The position numbers were made by a program, and so were the translations under genes. Under the pieces are notes generated by a model. That model was not told the DNA's origin. It did no database searches and worked only from the letters and a program-made list of their open reading frames with translations. Below, piece after piece: positions 39,194 through 49,441 of a DNA stretch of 64,000 nt; position 1 is the stretch's first letter; each line of letters begins with the position of its first letter. Source of the stretch: an uncultured archaeon (GTDB lineage: Archaea; Asgardarchaeota; Lokiarchaeia; Sigyniarchaeales; SOKP01); the NCBI GenBank assembly GCA_964632315.1, contig CAZWEM010000016.1, positions 1 through 64,000 on the forward strand, given 5' to 3'.

Positions 39194-39706
39194 TTATTCG
39201 ATTCCAAATGTTTCTATGAAGATTTTAAAATTTTTCTCAATGTCTATTATTGGGATTTTAATATATTTCTTCGAATAGGCCTCATTTTTAGTTATAATTC
39301 CAGATATCAACTTAACCTCACCGGAAATCTGAGTCTCGATATCCTCTTCATTCTTCACGCATAAAATACTAGAAATTTTCAAATTTCTAAACCCTTCTAT
39401 AAATAAGATATCAAAATCAAATGGTCCTTTCTCTAACCACTCAATTAGCCTATTAAAATCAATAGAGCTGTTGAAAAATAAAGCGTGATTATTAAACTTA
39501 TTCTTAATGAGTGCAAACTTGGCTCCACTAACGAGGAAGCGTTGTGAATCTTTTCCCTCAATGTCTACGGAATGCATATAGACATTTTTAAAAACTCCAC
39601 TCCTAAGACTAAGACGTTCCTTTAATAATTTTATCGCATGTTCAATAAAAAACGTCTTTCCTGATCCTGAATATCCAATAATACTAATAAACTTCATCGA
39701 TCTCAA
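39194..39706 (-). CDS. mobB: Molybdopterin-guanine dinucleotide biosynthesis protein B
   Basis: IIGYSGSGKT, DIEGKDSQRF...GA, IEGFR. Confidence 0.85.
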   Translation of the reverse strand: MRSMKFISIIGYSGSGKTFFIEHAIKLLKERLSLRSGVFKNVYMHSVDIEGKDSQRFLVSGAKFALIKNKFNNHALFFNSSIDFNRLIEWLEKGPFDFDILFIEGFRNLKISSILCVKNEEDIETQISGEVKLISGIITKNEAYSKKYIKIPIIDIEKNFKIFIETFGIE

Positions 39707-39821
39707 ATCACATCCAATTAAGCTAAAATAATATAAACATCCAATTAATTATATATTAAACATTGATTTCAATTTTATTGCTGATGTAGAGAATTCATTC
39801 AAAAAAGATAATAAGATTATT

Positions 39822-41816
39822 ATGTCTAAACAAAATGAAATAATAGTTTTTGACGCCAACTTCTTCATTTGCTTATTATCAATACACGTCAAAGACATCT
39901 TGAAGAATCTTGAACGTGCTGGAAGCGAATTAGGTTTAAATTATAACATTTCAGAAGTAGTCTTTGATGAAGTCAAAGCGCCCCACACTTACAGAGAACG
40001 CTTAGCAGAATTTGTTAATGTGGAACGAATACTGAATTCACAAATAGAAATTGTCAAATCAGACTTAGGACGATTTAACGTGAAGTGGCCAGCACAAGAC
40101 CCAGATCTCTCTCTGTTAGTTTTAAGTGAACGATTAATGGAGAATAATGAAGGTGTGCCAATTCATCTGGTGACAGATGATTTTAAACTGGCCAAAAACG
40201 CTTCATTGTTGTTTAAAAATAAGCTAAGCATTCTTTCACTTTCCAGCTTTTTATTAAAAATTCAACGCACTATTCCAAACAAGCAATTAAGACATTATTT
40301 CAAGAATGTTTGGAAGAAAAGTTTAAATTACACCCTCTCATACATGATTGAACGTTCAAAAATTTATCCTGCTGAACAGAAGATCCAATGGCTTATTGAA
40401 AGAGCTGTATCTGTTACAGAAAGTTCTATCCTTACTAAAGATGCTCAATTAGTTGATAGAAAGGATGTAAAATTTGGAATTGGTTTTTCAAAATATAATG
40501 AGGAGATTGAAGCCGCTGAGAAATATATAGAAAACCAAAAATTACCATCTAATAAAGAGGAATTGATTACAGGTATCATCTACTTCCTTGAAAATTTAAA
40601 AATTTCTAGGGAATATGTGAACAAAGCTCGAGAAGCAATAATTAAGAATGAGAACAAGGGAGCAGTATCATTTTTAAAAAAAGGAAATGCTTTTTTAATT
40701 TCACTTTTACAACTCGCAGCAGGAAAATTACAGAATATTAAAGACTTTGACATAGTACAGCAACTAATTTGCTCAGAAATATCCAAGATGGAGTTTTTAC
40801 GAGCATTTTTACTAGTAATGTTAGGAAGAGTAAGTGTTGCAATTAACTCTCTTGAAAGGGCAGCTTTATTTTCGACAATCATACATAATAATGATACGTG
40901 CCTTACATTAAATTATCTTAAAGCCTTAATTTTATTGTTTCATGGACTCTATAAAAACGCGATTCTGCAATACAATTTTACGGAAGAATTAGCTGATATA
41001 TACAATGATGAAAAACTTAGATTAAAATGTGCAATCGGAAAAGCAATCGCACTATATATCGAAGGGGAGGAACGTGCCACTGCGATGGGAATTATGGAAG
41101 AAATTTCGAATATGGATTTAGAGAAAAACTTTCTTGACGCAATCATTGTGTTCAGTGAGCTTGGAGATTATTTTTTAGCACTTGGCCATTCCCAAATCGC
41201 TGCTAATCTATATAACGAAGCACTTGAAATTAGTATAGACTATAAATTAAATGTGAGAAGTGATATGCTTATTGAAAAGCTTAAAAGATCGTACATCGCT
41301 ACAGTCTTAAATGGATATTCTGCGGAGGATATCATGGTTGACAAATTAGATGTTTTGCTTGATAAAGCGTATTCTGTAAAAGATGTGGAACGCTACAACG
41401 AACAGATAAAAAAGATCTCTAGTTTTAATATATTATTTTATACCAAATTTCCCTATATTACAGGTAAGAAGAAGATCATACCATTTTCGAAATTACCAAA
41501 AGAGTTGCAGGATGATTATTTAGAAGTCGTGCATTTTGAAAAAGTTAAAAATGATTCCATTAATCAGTATTTATTCATCGTATCTCATTATGAACTAGGA
41601 TTATTAGGATTCCTTGTTAAAACTAACGAAAATGTAATAGGCATTGCAGAAAATTATACGATTAAAATCAAACCTTCAGCGAAAGTTAGAATTTATAATC
41701 CAACCTCTGATTTGAGAGATACTTTTTTGATTCGCGCGATTATTGAACCTATGCAAGAAGATCAATGTGAGATAATTTATTCTCTTCCATCATTCTTTAA
41801 AAGTTTAAACATTTAA
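39822..41816 (+). CDS. PIN-domain protein with TPR-like helical repeats
   Basis: VFDANFF, VFDEV, DPDLSLL and LVTDDFKL (PIN acidic residues), followed by TPR-like helices. Confidence 0.72.
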   Translation: MSKQNEIIVFDANFFICLLSIHVKDILKNLERAGSELGLNYNISEVVFDEVKAPHTYRERLAEFVNVERILNSQIEIVKSDLGRFNVKWPAQDPDLSLLVLSERLMENNEGVPIHLVTDDFKLAKNASLLFKNKLSILSLSSFLLKIQRTIPNKQLRHYFKNVWKKSLNYTLSYMIERSKIYPAEQKIQWLIERAVSVTESSILTKDAQLVDRKDVKFGIGFSKYNEEIEAAEKYIENQKLPSNKEELITGIIYFLENLKISREYVNKAREAIIKNENKGAVSFLKKGNAFLISLLQLAAGKLQNIKDFDIVQQLICSEISKMEFLRAFLLVMLGRVSVAINSLERAALFSTIIHNNDTCLTLNYLKALILLFHGLYKNAILQYNFTEELADIYNDEKLRLKCAIGKAIALYIEGEERATAMGIMEEISNMDLEKNFLDAIIVFSELGDYFLALGHSQIAANLYNEALEISIDYKLNVRSDMLIEKLKRSYIATVLNGYSAEDIMVDKLDVLLDKAYSVKDVERYNEQIKKISSFNILFYTKFPYITGKKKIIPFSKLPKELQDDYLEVVHFEKVKNDSINQYLFIVSHYELGLLGFLVKTNENVIGIAENYTIKIKPSAKVRIYNPTSDLRDTFLIRAIIEPMQEDQCEIIYSLPSFFKSLNI

Positions 41817-41878
41817 AATGATTTATTTCAAGTTATAAATTACTTAAAAAATTAAAACAAGAGAAGGCTTAAAAATAA

Positions 41879-42151
41879 TTATCTCTTTCTAAGATTTTTA
41901 TCTCTCTGGGATATTGACCCCGAATGTACAGCGCAACTTATACAATAGTATTTTGTTTTAGAGGGTGTCTGAATAATCGCTCCATCTTTTTTTAATTCGG
42001 CGTACATTCTTGAATCTACTAAAGAGACTCTTCTTGTTACTGCTTTAGCCTTGCTTCTTGCAACAAATCGACCACATTTAGCACATTGCACTCTATTATA
42101 GTGTCCTTTACTTGAACCAGATCTTCCGCCACTTTTTCTCTTCTTTGGAAT
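41879..42151 (-). CDS. rps26e: 30S ribosomal protein eS26 (ATT start)
   Basis: (M)PKKRKSGGRSGSSKGHYNRVQCAKCGRFVARSKAK...YCISCAVH. An in-frame TAA lies upstream and there is no ATG. Confidence 0.93.
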   Translation of the reverse strand: MPKKRKSGGRSGSSKGHYNRVQCAKCGRFVARSKAKAVTRRVSLVDSRMYAELKKDGAIIQTPSKTKYYCISCAVHSGSISQRDKNLRKR

Positions 42152-42281
42152 GGAAATCAGCTTCTTTTTTTAATATTTGTTTGAATAATAAGTTCTAGTA
42201 TATGAATTAGACAAAATTTAAAAAATTTATTATTTCAGCTTATAGAAGTTAATTTTAGCAACTAATTGCATTTATTTTTTT

Positions 42282-43007
42282 TTAAGTCATCTGATCAAGA
42301 TTTTTAAGATTTTTATAAGAATAGACAAATCGTTGTAAAATCGTTATGATAAGCAAAATGATAAAAATTAGAATAAAAATTTGGAAAAAAAGGGGGCTTG
42401 GATAACCAAAAAAAGTTGTGGTTAAATAGTGAACCCAGATTTCTATGATAAATGCAAAAAACAGTAATATAAATCTCTCTGCTCTTTCCATTAGCCCTAT
42501 CCCAATCATTCCTATTCCCTCATTTTCTGCCCTTGCACGAATATAAGAAATCATCATAATTAAAAAGATAAGTATAAATCCAGTAATATAATCAATTAAG
42601 TTTCCTAAAATCATCCCAATAACAATTAGACCATCAGAAACACGATCTAGATTTGAATCTAAAAATGCTCCTGCTCTTGTATTTTTTTCTGTCCGTCTTG
42701 CCACCTCTCCATCAAAAACATCAAATGCTCCTGCCCAGAATAAAAAAAAGGGCCCTATCCAGCCCCACCATAATGAAATATGTAAAATTCCAAAAGCAAG
42801 CAATACAGAAAAGATCAAGGAACACGCGAATCCTAAAAAGGATAGTTGATTAGGAGTGATATTATGCTTAATCAAGAACTTTACTGGATGATCAATAAAT
42901 TTATTCAGTATTTTCCTTTGGTTTACTTGTTTATTGTTTTCAGATTCTAAAATGCTCACTGTTAACTGTGGTTGTCTTTTTAAAGATAGTAGTAATCTAA
43001 AGTTCAT
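42282..43007 (-). CDS. CDP-alcohol phosphatidyltransferase (archaetidylinositol-phosphate synthase-like)
   Basis: ITPNQLS and DVFDGEVAR...GAFLDSNLDRVSD. Confidence 0.9.
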   Translation of the reverse strand: MNFRLLLSLKRQPQLTVSILESENNKQVNQRKILNKFIDHPVKFLIKHNITPNQLSFLGFACSLIFSVLLAFGILHISLWWGWIGPFFLFWAGAFDVFDGEVARRTEKNTRAGAFLDSNLDRVSDGLIVIGMILGNLIDYITGFILIFLIMMISYIRARAENEGIGMIGIGLMERAERFILLFFAFIIEIWVHYLTTTFFGYPSPLFFQIFILIFIILLIITILQRFVYSYKNLKNLDQMT

Positions 43008-43609
43008 TTAAATTTAAAATTTTTGCTACTATTCATTAATGCTATTTTGACAAGTCGGATTATTGAAGAAGCTAAATAAGTTTCTTTTCCAAAAGAGACT
43101 TCTGGAAGATTAAACTCCCTTAATTCACTATTGTTTATTAAATCACCAGTTTGATCACCGATTATACATATAAGCTTACTAATGTCTCGCTCACCAATAA
43201 AAAATTTGTCAAAATAATGGCCTGATTCGCTTAATAGTATGATTTTATGCTCATCTTGCATAAATTTATTGATTGCTTCAAAAATGTTCATTCTAGTCTT
43301 CTTGATTTTTAAATCTTGATCGTTTTGAAGTATGAAATCTTTAAATTTCTTAGCTAATAAAAGCTCATTTTTAGGAAATGTCTCAAGATTTAGCTCTCTA
43401 TTGGTGAATATGAAAGTTCCATATCTCGGTAAAAAGACCCAGACTTGAACAAGTAGCTCAGGAATAATAGTATTATCTAAAGCAGCTAGAATACACCTAC
43501 AAATCACGTCGAATCTACCTGATGATCCTGGCAGATCTTTTAACGTGAATTTTTCAAGATTTACCGTTTTTGATTGAATAAAGAATATTAAATCCATTGA
43601 ATTAGTCAA
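43004..43609 (-). CDS. trmY: tRNA (pseudouridine54-N1)-methyltransferase, SPOUT family
   Basis: FTLKDLPGSSGRFDVICRC, IIGDQTG, VSFGKETYLAS. Confidence 0.85.
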   Translation of the reverse strand: MTNSMDLIFFIQSKTVNLEKFTLKDLPGSSGRFDVICRCILAALDNTIIPELLVQVWVFLPRYGTFIFTNRELNLETFPKNELLLAKKFKDFILQNDQDLKIKKTRMNIFEAINKFMQDEHKIILLSESGHYFDKFFIGERDISKLICIIGDQTGDLINNSELREFNLPEVSFGKETYLASSIIRLVKIALMNSSKNFKFK

Positions 43610-43675
43610 TTGTAATCGTTATAGTTTTCCAATATTATTATATTGAATGAAATGAAAATATTATAGTGATGTTTT

Positions 43676-44605
43676 TTGGATAAGATTGATTTCAAGATTT
43701 CAATGCTCTTAATGAGTAACTCAAGGACTCCTTACAAAGAATTTGCGGATATGTTCCATATCAGTGTCAATTCCATTCATAAGCGAATAAAATCATTAGT
43801 GGATTTGAAAATTATTCAAGGATTCAAAGCTAGACTCGGATTCGCTAATTTTGGCAATATAACGAATATTGTCATGTTTGGTATACCAAATGTTAAGAAT
43901 AAGAAAGAATTAATGGATGAATTAGGTCGCAACGAAAATGTCTATAACATCACTCGAGCTAGTGGGAATATGTTTTACATATATGCATATCTTCATAAAA
44001 TTAGTGAATTAGATTATTTAGTATCATACATAAGAAAAACTGGTGATATTAATGAGCTTAAAATTGGAATCGATAGGAATTCTCCTGTTTTTTCTCAAGA
44101 TTATTATAAACCACTTAATAGTACAGATTATCTAATAATAGACTCCTTAAAGAATAATTCTAGAAAAAATATCTCTGATATTGCCAATGAATTACAGGTT
44201 TCCACTAAAACCATTAGTCGAAGATTGGAAAATTTAATTGAATATAATTTAGTGCAATGCTATATTGATTGGTATCCTGATAATTCAGGTCAAATATTAT
44301 CAATGATAATCTTAAAATTAAAATCTGAATTGATTAAAAACGATACTGAATTTATCAATAGCTTTAAGAAACGATACGGTTCAAAAGTCATATTTACATG
44401 GTCTTTTAGTAATTTACCGAATATTAAGTTGATTAACATTTGGACAGATACGATGAGGGAACTGCAAGAGATTGAATCCTCGTTGTTATCTGATGAAATA
44501 TATGAATCAGTAGAGATTACCGTCCTTCTATATGGTAAAATGTATCCTATCTGGATTGAGAAGCTTTTGGATGAAAAAGTAAGGGAAATCAATAATCAAT
44601 CTTAA
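43676..44605 (+). CDS. Tandem Lrp/AsnC-type transcriptional regulator
   Basis: Two HTH modules (NSRTPYKEFAD...SVNSIHKRI and NSRKNISDIANEL...STKTISRRL). Confidence 0.85.
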   Translation: MDKIDFKISMLLMSNSRTPYKEFADMFHISVNSIHKRIKSLVDLKIIQGFKARLGFANFGNITNIVMFGIPNVKNKKELMDELGRNENVYNITRASGNMFYIYAYLHKISELDYLVSYIRKTGDINELKIGIDRNSPVFSQDYYKPLNSTDYLIIDSLKNNSRKNISDIANELQVSTKTISRRLENLIEYNLVQCYIDWYPDNSGQILSMIILKLKSELIKNDTEFINSFKKRYGSKVIFTWSFSNLPNIKLINIWTDTMRELQEIESSLLSDEIYESVEITVLLYGKMYPIWIEKLLDEKVREINNQS

Positions 44606-44942
44606 TACGACAATTTTTGTTAAAAATTACCTTTTATTTAATCTAATTAGTTGAAAAAAGTGAACCAATTATTTCTGATTTTCTTTTTAAATTTAATTAT
44701 AACACCGCATAAGAATAAAATAGAGTAAAAATAAGTTGAAGTCAAAACTTTTTGAGGTATGATTCTTAACCCATATGGATTAAAAATGTCCCATTTTAGC
44801 AAATCTTTTTACCTTTTTATTATGTAAAAGGGTAGCATTAATTTTAAAAGGGTTTTTCTATATTTTGATATCAAATAATGGACTAAATATGTTTTATATT
44901 GATCTAAAAATACAATTAAAATAATAAAAATTTGGTGATAAT

Positions 44943-45761
44943 ATGTCAGAAATAAAATTAAAATCATATGAAAAACCCGAGAATATAATTAATCCAGATT
45001 CAGAATTCTCAATAGAGGTTAATAATCTTAGAAAGGTGTTCCGAGGGAAAAAGTATTATGATGATATCATTGCGGTAGATGATATCTCCTTTAAAATAAA
45101 ATCGGGAGAATTATTTGGCTTTTTAGGTCCAAATGGAGCTGGAAAAACTACAACCATCAACATCTTGATTGGATTATTAAAAGCTACAAGTGGTGTTGCC
45201 GTAATTAATAGTTACGATGTCAATGATGCTCTTTCTCATATAAAAGAGTTAATCGGAGTTTGTCCTCAAGAGCCAGCTGTTTTTAAGAATTTAACAGGTA
45301 AAGAAAACATCAAGCTATTTGGAAGATTGCATTCAATGAAAAAACTTGAAATAGATAATAGAATGGATAAGTTAATGAAAATTCTTGATTTAGGAAAAGC
45401 TATAAAAAGAAAAACCAAAGGTTACAGTGGAGGCATGATAAGGCAGCTTAACATCATCATTTCACTTATTCATGATCCTAAGATTGCTTTTTTGGACGAA
45501 CCTACGGTTGGAATGGATCCAAGAGCACGGAGAGCAACGTGGGATTTTATTCGCTCATTAAAAAAGACAAATAAAACAGTTTTCTTAACAACACATTACA
45601 TTGAAGAAGCTGAAAAGTTGTGTGATCGGGTTGCGATCATCGATTATGGCAAAATCATTGAAATTGGAAATCCAAAAGAATTGATTCAAAAATATTCAGT
45701 GAATAATCTGGAGGAGGTTTTTATGAAAATTACAGGTAGAAGGATTATGGAGGGGATGTAA
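44943..45761 (+). CDS. ABC-2 type exporter ATP-binding protein
   Basis: GPNGAGKTT, YSGGM, LDEPTVG, TTHY. Confidence 0.92.
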   Translation: MSEIKLKSYEKPENIINPDSEFSIEVNNLRKVFRGKKYYDDIIAVDDISFKIKSGELFGFLGPNGAGKTTTINILIGLLKATSGVAVINSYDVNDALSHIKELIGVCPQEPAVFKNLTGKENIKLFGRLHSMKKLEIDNRMDKLMKILDLGKAIKRKTKGYSGGMIRQLNIIISLIHDPKIAFLDEPTVGMDPRARRATWDFIRSLKKTNKTVFLTTHYIEEAEKLCDRVAIIDYGKIIEIGNPKELIQKYSVNNLEEVFMKITGRRIMEGM

Positions 45762-46499
45762 ATGAATATTGGCAGAATGGCTGCTCTTTTGAAAATGATG
45801 CTTCTAAAATTGTTTCGAGAACCTGCTTATGTTTTTCTGATGCTCTTGTTCCCTGCTATGTTAACGATCATGTTTGGTTTTATATTTGCTGATCCTGAAT
45901 TTGGAATGTCGATGAATGTTACTGCGCCGGGATTATTCGCATATGCTTGTATATTTATAATAATGACGGTTGCTCAATCATTTGCAGATATGAGGGATCA
46001 GGGTCTCCTTAAAAGACTGAACACAACCCCAATGAAATCATCCGATTTTATGGGGGGTGAAATCATTTCAAATATGATATTAGTAATTTTACAAGTAATT
46101 ATTGTTTATTTACTCGCACTTCCATTTGGATTTACGCCTGATACAAACTTTTTTGGAATTCTATTAGCATTTCTATTGATGGTAGTGTTTTCACTAAGTT
46201 CAGTTGGTTTAGGCTTAATAACCGCAACAATATCGAAATCTTCTGGAATTGCCACAGGAATATCATTTATCTTCATCTTACCCCAAATGTTTTTTGGTAC
46301 CTTTATGCCAATTACTTCAACTGCTAAACCAATAGCTTCGTTAATGCCAAGTTATCATGCGACTCAAGCACTTTCCGCGATCTTTAATGGGGATCTTACA
46401 AGTCCTCAGGTGATTTCTGGTTTCACATTTACAGCAATTGCAAGTATTATAATAATAGTTCTTGGGATCTTCTTATTCAAGAAATATGGAAATAAATAA
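45762..46499 (+). CDS. ABC-2 type permease
   Basis: Six TM segments and GLLKRLNTTP; abuts the ATPase gene. Confidence 0.88.
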   Translation: MNIGRMAALLKMMLLKLFREPAYVFLMLLFPAMLTIMFGFIFADPEFGMSMNVTAPGLFAYACIFIIMTVAQSFADMRDQGLLKRLNTTPMKSSDFMGGEIISNMILVILQVIIVYLLALPFGFTPDTNFFGILLAFLLMVVFSLSSVGLGLITATISKSSGIATGISFIFILPQMFFGTFMPITSTAKPIASLMPSYHATQALSAIFNGDLTSPQVISGFTFTAIASIIIIVLGIFLFKKYGNK

Positions 46500-46567
46500 A
46501 ATATTTTTTTTTCTTTTTTTCTTAAATATATTTAAGTAAAGTTTTTTAGATTTAAGGTAATATAATA

Positions 46568-46816
46568 TCTTGGGAAAACGAGGAAGGAACATTTCGCATA
46601 ATCGAGGACGTGGATGAATTATCTTGATTTCACGTGCAAATTTATGCATACATCCAGAGTTTAATAATCAGGAATAACACTGCAATACAAATGGGCTCTT
46701 TACTAAGCTATGGTATGTTCCTATGCGATGAAGTGTGAGTCAGTATCCCTAATTGCAGATATGATTATGTCCCCAAAACGGCATAGAAATTAAAGCCTAA
46801 CACGAGAGAACTTTTT
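46568..46816 (+). ncRNA. Candidate structured ncRNA (about 240 nt) between convergent genes
   Basis: More G/C than the flanks, many complementary blocks including a pseudoknot-order pair, a TATA-like element upstream and a T-tract downstream. Strand is uncertain. Confidence 0.5.
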
Positions 46817-46960
46817 CGATAAAAATTGGTATTACCTAAATATGAAAAAAAAGAGTTAGTGTTTTTAGGCGACAATATATGCTCATAAACAAACTTACAT
46901 ACTTTTTTTAGACCAAAGTTGATAGTGTGAAATCATTAACTAATTTTTCATGAAATTTAC

Positions 46961-47431
46961 TTAAAGCAAACCTACCGTATCTGAACTGAATAAATCTTTT
47001 AATTCATTACTGAGTTCTCCTTGATCTGCCTGTAAATATCGTTTTAAAATTGCGCTAATTTTTGGAGCAAATCTTTTAATGATAGCTCGCATATAGCCGA
47101 TTTGAACATTTTTATCAGTCACTATACATATAATTCCCTTTCCAGCTTTTCCAGAAAAGATAAATCCTTTATCATATTCTGTAATTTGGAGCTCTGTACT
47201 TCCATATCCAAGGATATGTCCTTGCTCTTCACCCGCTGTAAATACTGCGCCTCCTATAGCACCAATCTTTTCCACTGAAATTTCTTGTTCATTAGAAAAT
47301 CTGAATTTTGACTCACTTAGAATGGTTATTCCGGTATCGTCAATTAGGATGACGTTTTTTAATCCTGGAGTACTATTGATGATTGATTTTAAAATTTTTC
47401 TTAAAGCAGTCTCATCTTGAGAATAACTCAT
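46961..47431 (-). CDS. Roadblock/LC7 domain protein
   Basis: VILIDDTGITI, IGAIGGAVF, ITEYDKGFIF, VQIGYMR. Confidence 0.85.
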   Translation of the reverse strand: MSYSQDETALRKILKSIINSTPGLKNVILIDDTGITILSESKFRFSNEQEISVEKIGAIGGAVFTAGEEQGHILGYGSTELQITEYDKGFIFSGKAGKGIICIVTDKNVQIGYMRAIIKRFAPKISAILKRYLQADQGELSNELKDLFSSDTVGLL

Positions 47432-47567
47432 AGTATTTACCTTAATATAAATAACAGTGAATGATATTAGAACAATTTTTATATTACTTATTTTAAAAAT
47501 AACTCTTTAAACTTAAAAATTTAGGTTCTTTTTTTAAAATATCGCTCGAAGGATTGTTAAAACCAGA

Positions 47568-47927
47568 TTAAAAGAGTTCTTGACTTTTGATAATTTTCTT
47601 TAAATACTTAATACCTTCTTTATACCTTTTAGATCTTTCTAACAAAAGGAACAAGCGATATCTCTTTCCTCGGTCGATGTCAAATTTAAGTTGGATCAGA
47701 TTTGGATCCTTAATGGAAAATTCACGATTTTTAGCAACAGCTGATAAAGCTAACGTATTTTCATGAACCCACAATCGTTTTGAAATATCTGCCCCAATTG
47801 GAAACCCATTGCGATCCGTAATTACACCCGCTACGAAATTTGGAAAGTTTTTTTTAATTCGATGCAGAAAATAATTAACTTCGGTTTGCTTTACCAATCT
47901 GGTTGATTCTGGTTTCATCAAACCCAC
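47568..47927 (-). CDS. Divergent Roadblock/LC7-like protein
   Basis: VAGVITDRNGFPIGA motif; lies next to a Roadblock gene. Confidence 0.55.
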   Translation of the reverse strand: MGLMKPESTRLVKQTEVNYFLHRIKKNFPNFVAGVITDRNGFPIGADISKRLWVHENTLALSAVAKNREFSIKDPNLIQLKFDIDRGKRYRLFLLLERSKRYKEGIKYLKKIIKSQELF

Positions 47928-48040
47928 CTGCCAATTTTAACTTTTACGATAGGATCAACATAAATGAGTTTAATCTTTAAATAGTGTATTATGAGAATAT
48001 TACGAAAAGGAGGTCTAAACTATAAAAAAATTTAATTAAG

Positions 48041-48997
48041 CTATTTTTTCTTGAATTTAATGCCTAAATTCAGATTTTCAATCAATTCACTAAATCGATT
48101 ACGTACTGTAACTTCGGTTACTTGAGAAATCTGAGCAATACGACGTTGAGTTCTTCTTTCCTTAGTCAAAATACTCGCAGCATATATTGCTGCCGCACAA
48201 ACTCCTGTAGGGCCTCTTCCTGATGTCAATCCACGAAACTCAGCCATTTTAATAACTTTTTTTGCTAGTTTATGACATTCTGTTGATAATCCAAGTTCAG
48301 AAACAAACCTAGTAAGAAAATCAGCAGGTTTTGTGGGATTCAAGTTTAAAATCAATTCTTTTGAAATAAAACGAAAAGATCTCCCTATTTCCTTTTTATC
48401 GACCCTTGCAACCTCCGCAATTTCATTTAAAGTCCTAGGAACTTTGTACATTCTACAAGCGGCGTAAAGTGAAGCCGCAGCAACCCCTTCTATTGATCTT
48501 CCACGTATTAAATGTTTTTCGACAGCATCTCGATAAATTTTTGCAGAACATTCTCTTAGATTTTTTTGAAGATCAAGATTTGAAGCCATTCTGTCTAATT
48601 CACTAAGTGCGAAAGTTAAATTCCTTTCAGTTGCGTCTGATACTCTAATACGACTTTGCCACTTTCGCAATCTGTATATCTGTCCTCTTAGTTTAGCAGG
48701 TATTTCTTTTCCGAAAATATCTCGATTTTTCCAATCTATCATTGTACTTAAACCTTTATCGTGAATCATGTATGTCATTGGTGCACCCGTACGAGTTCGT
48801 TTTTTCTTTTGATCAGCATCGAATGCTCTCCATTCCGGACCATGATCGATATGATTCTCAGAATGTACTAATCCACACTCTTCACATACAATTAAACCGC
48901 GATTTTCATCAAATAAGATATTTTTTCCGCATTCAGCACAAACGCCATCACGGATTTTAATATTTTCTTCAGTAGAAAGATTATTCCAACTTGAAAT
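48041..48997 (-). CDS. tfb: Transcription initiation factor IIB (ATT start; the Zn ribbon is missed by the ORF track)
   Basis: Open frame from ATT 48997 encodes CAEC...[22 protein letters not shown] and then the cyclin repeats; SD AGGTG. Confidence 0.95.
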   Translation of the reverse strand: MSSWNNLSTEENIKIRDGVCAECGKNILFDENRGLIVCEECGLVHSENHIDHGPEWRAFDADQKKKRTRTGAPMTYMIHDKGLSTMIDWKNRDIFGKEIPAKLRGQIYRLRKWQSRIRVSDATERNLTFALSELDRMASNLDLQKNLRECSAKIYRDAVEKHLIRGRSIEGVAAASLYAACRMYKVPRTLNEIAEVARVDKKEIGRSFRFISKELILNLNPTKPADFLTRFVSELGLSTECHKLAKKVIKMAEFRGLTSGRGPTGVCAAAIYAASILTKERRTQRRIAQISQVTEVTVRNRFSELIENLNLGIKFKKK

Positions 48998-49038
48998 GAT
49001 TTACACCTTGTAATATAATAAAAAATAAATCCGAAATT

Positions 49039-49287
49039 TCAATCTATTTTAACATAACACTTGTCTTGTGAACTAAATTGATAGTTCGATGTCGTTTTTA
49101 CTGAAATAAACGGTAAATTAACTGGACCAAATACTTCTTTCACATAACCGATCTCATCATAAGACTCAGAGAATAATGGTTCATTCACTATTTTTTCTAA
49201 AGCTTTATTCCATTGTTTTGCTCTAAAAATCTGGTATTTTTTCGATTTCCCGAGGTAGAATAAATTTAACTTTACCCAGTTTTTCAA
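49039..49287 (-). CDS. gar1: H/ACA RNP protein Gar1
   Basis: IGYVKEVFGPVNLPFISVK; directly upstream of tfb, as is common in archaea. Confidence 0.8.
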   Translation of the reverse strand: MKNWVKLNLFYLGKSKKYQIFRAKQWNKALEKIVNEPLFSESYDEIGYVKEVFGPVNLPFISVKTTSNYQFSSQDKCYVKID

Positions 49288-49441
49288 GGCTTACCCTATA
49301 GCATTGTTAAAATATTAAAGTAGAAAATTGAATATTAATATTTAAAATTAATGATTTAAGCAATTCTTTACAATATTGTAAAAAATATAGAAGTGTTTAG
49401 CTTTTTAAAAACTATATATAAAGAAAATAAAATATCACTAT

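Noticed and set aside
46575-46790. RNase P or SRP RNA identity for the structured element
   Set aside because: The P4 consensus (GAGGAAAGUCC ... GGCUUA) and the SRP helix-8 motif are not convincingly present.
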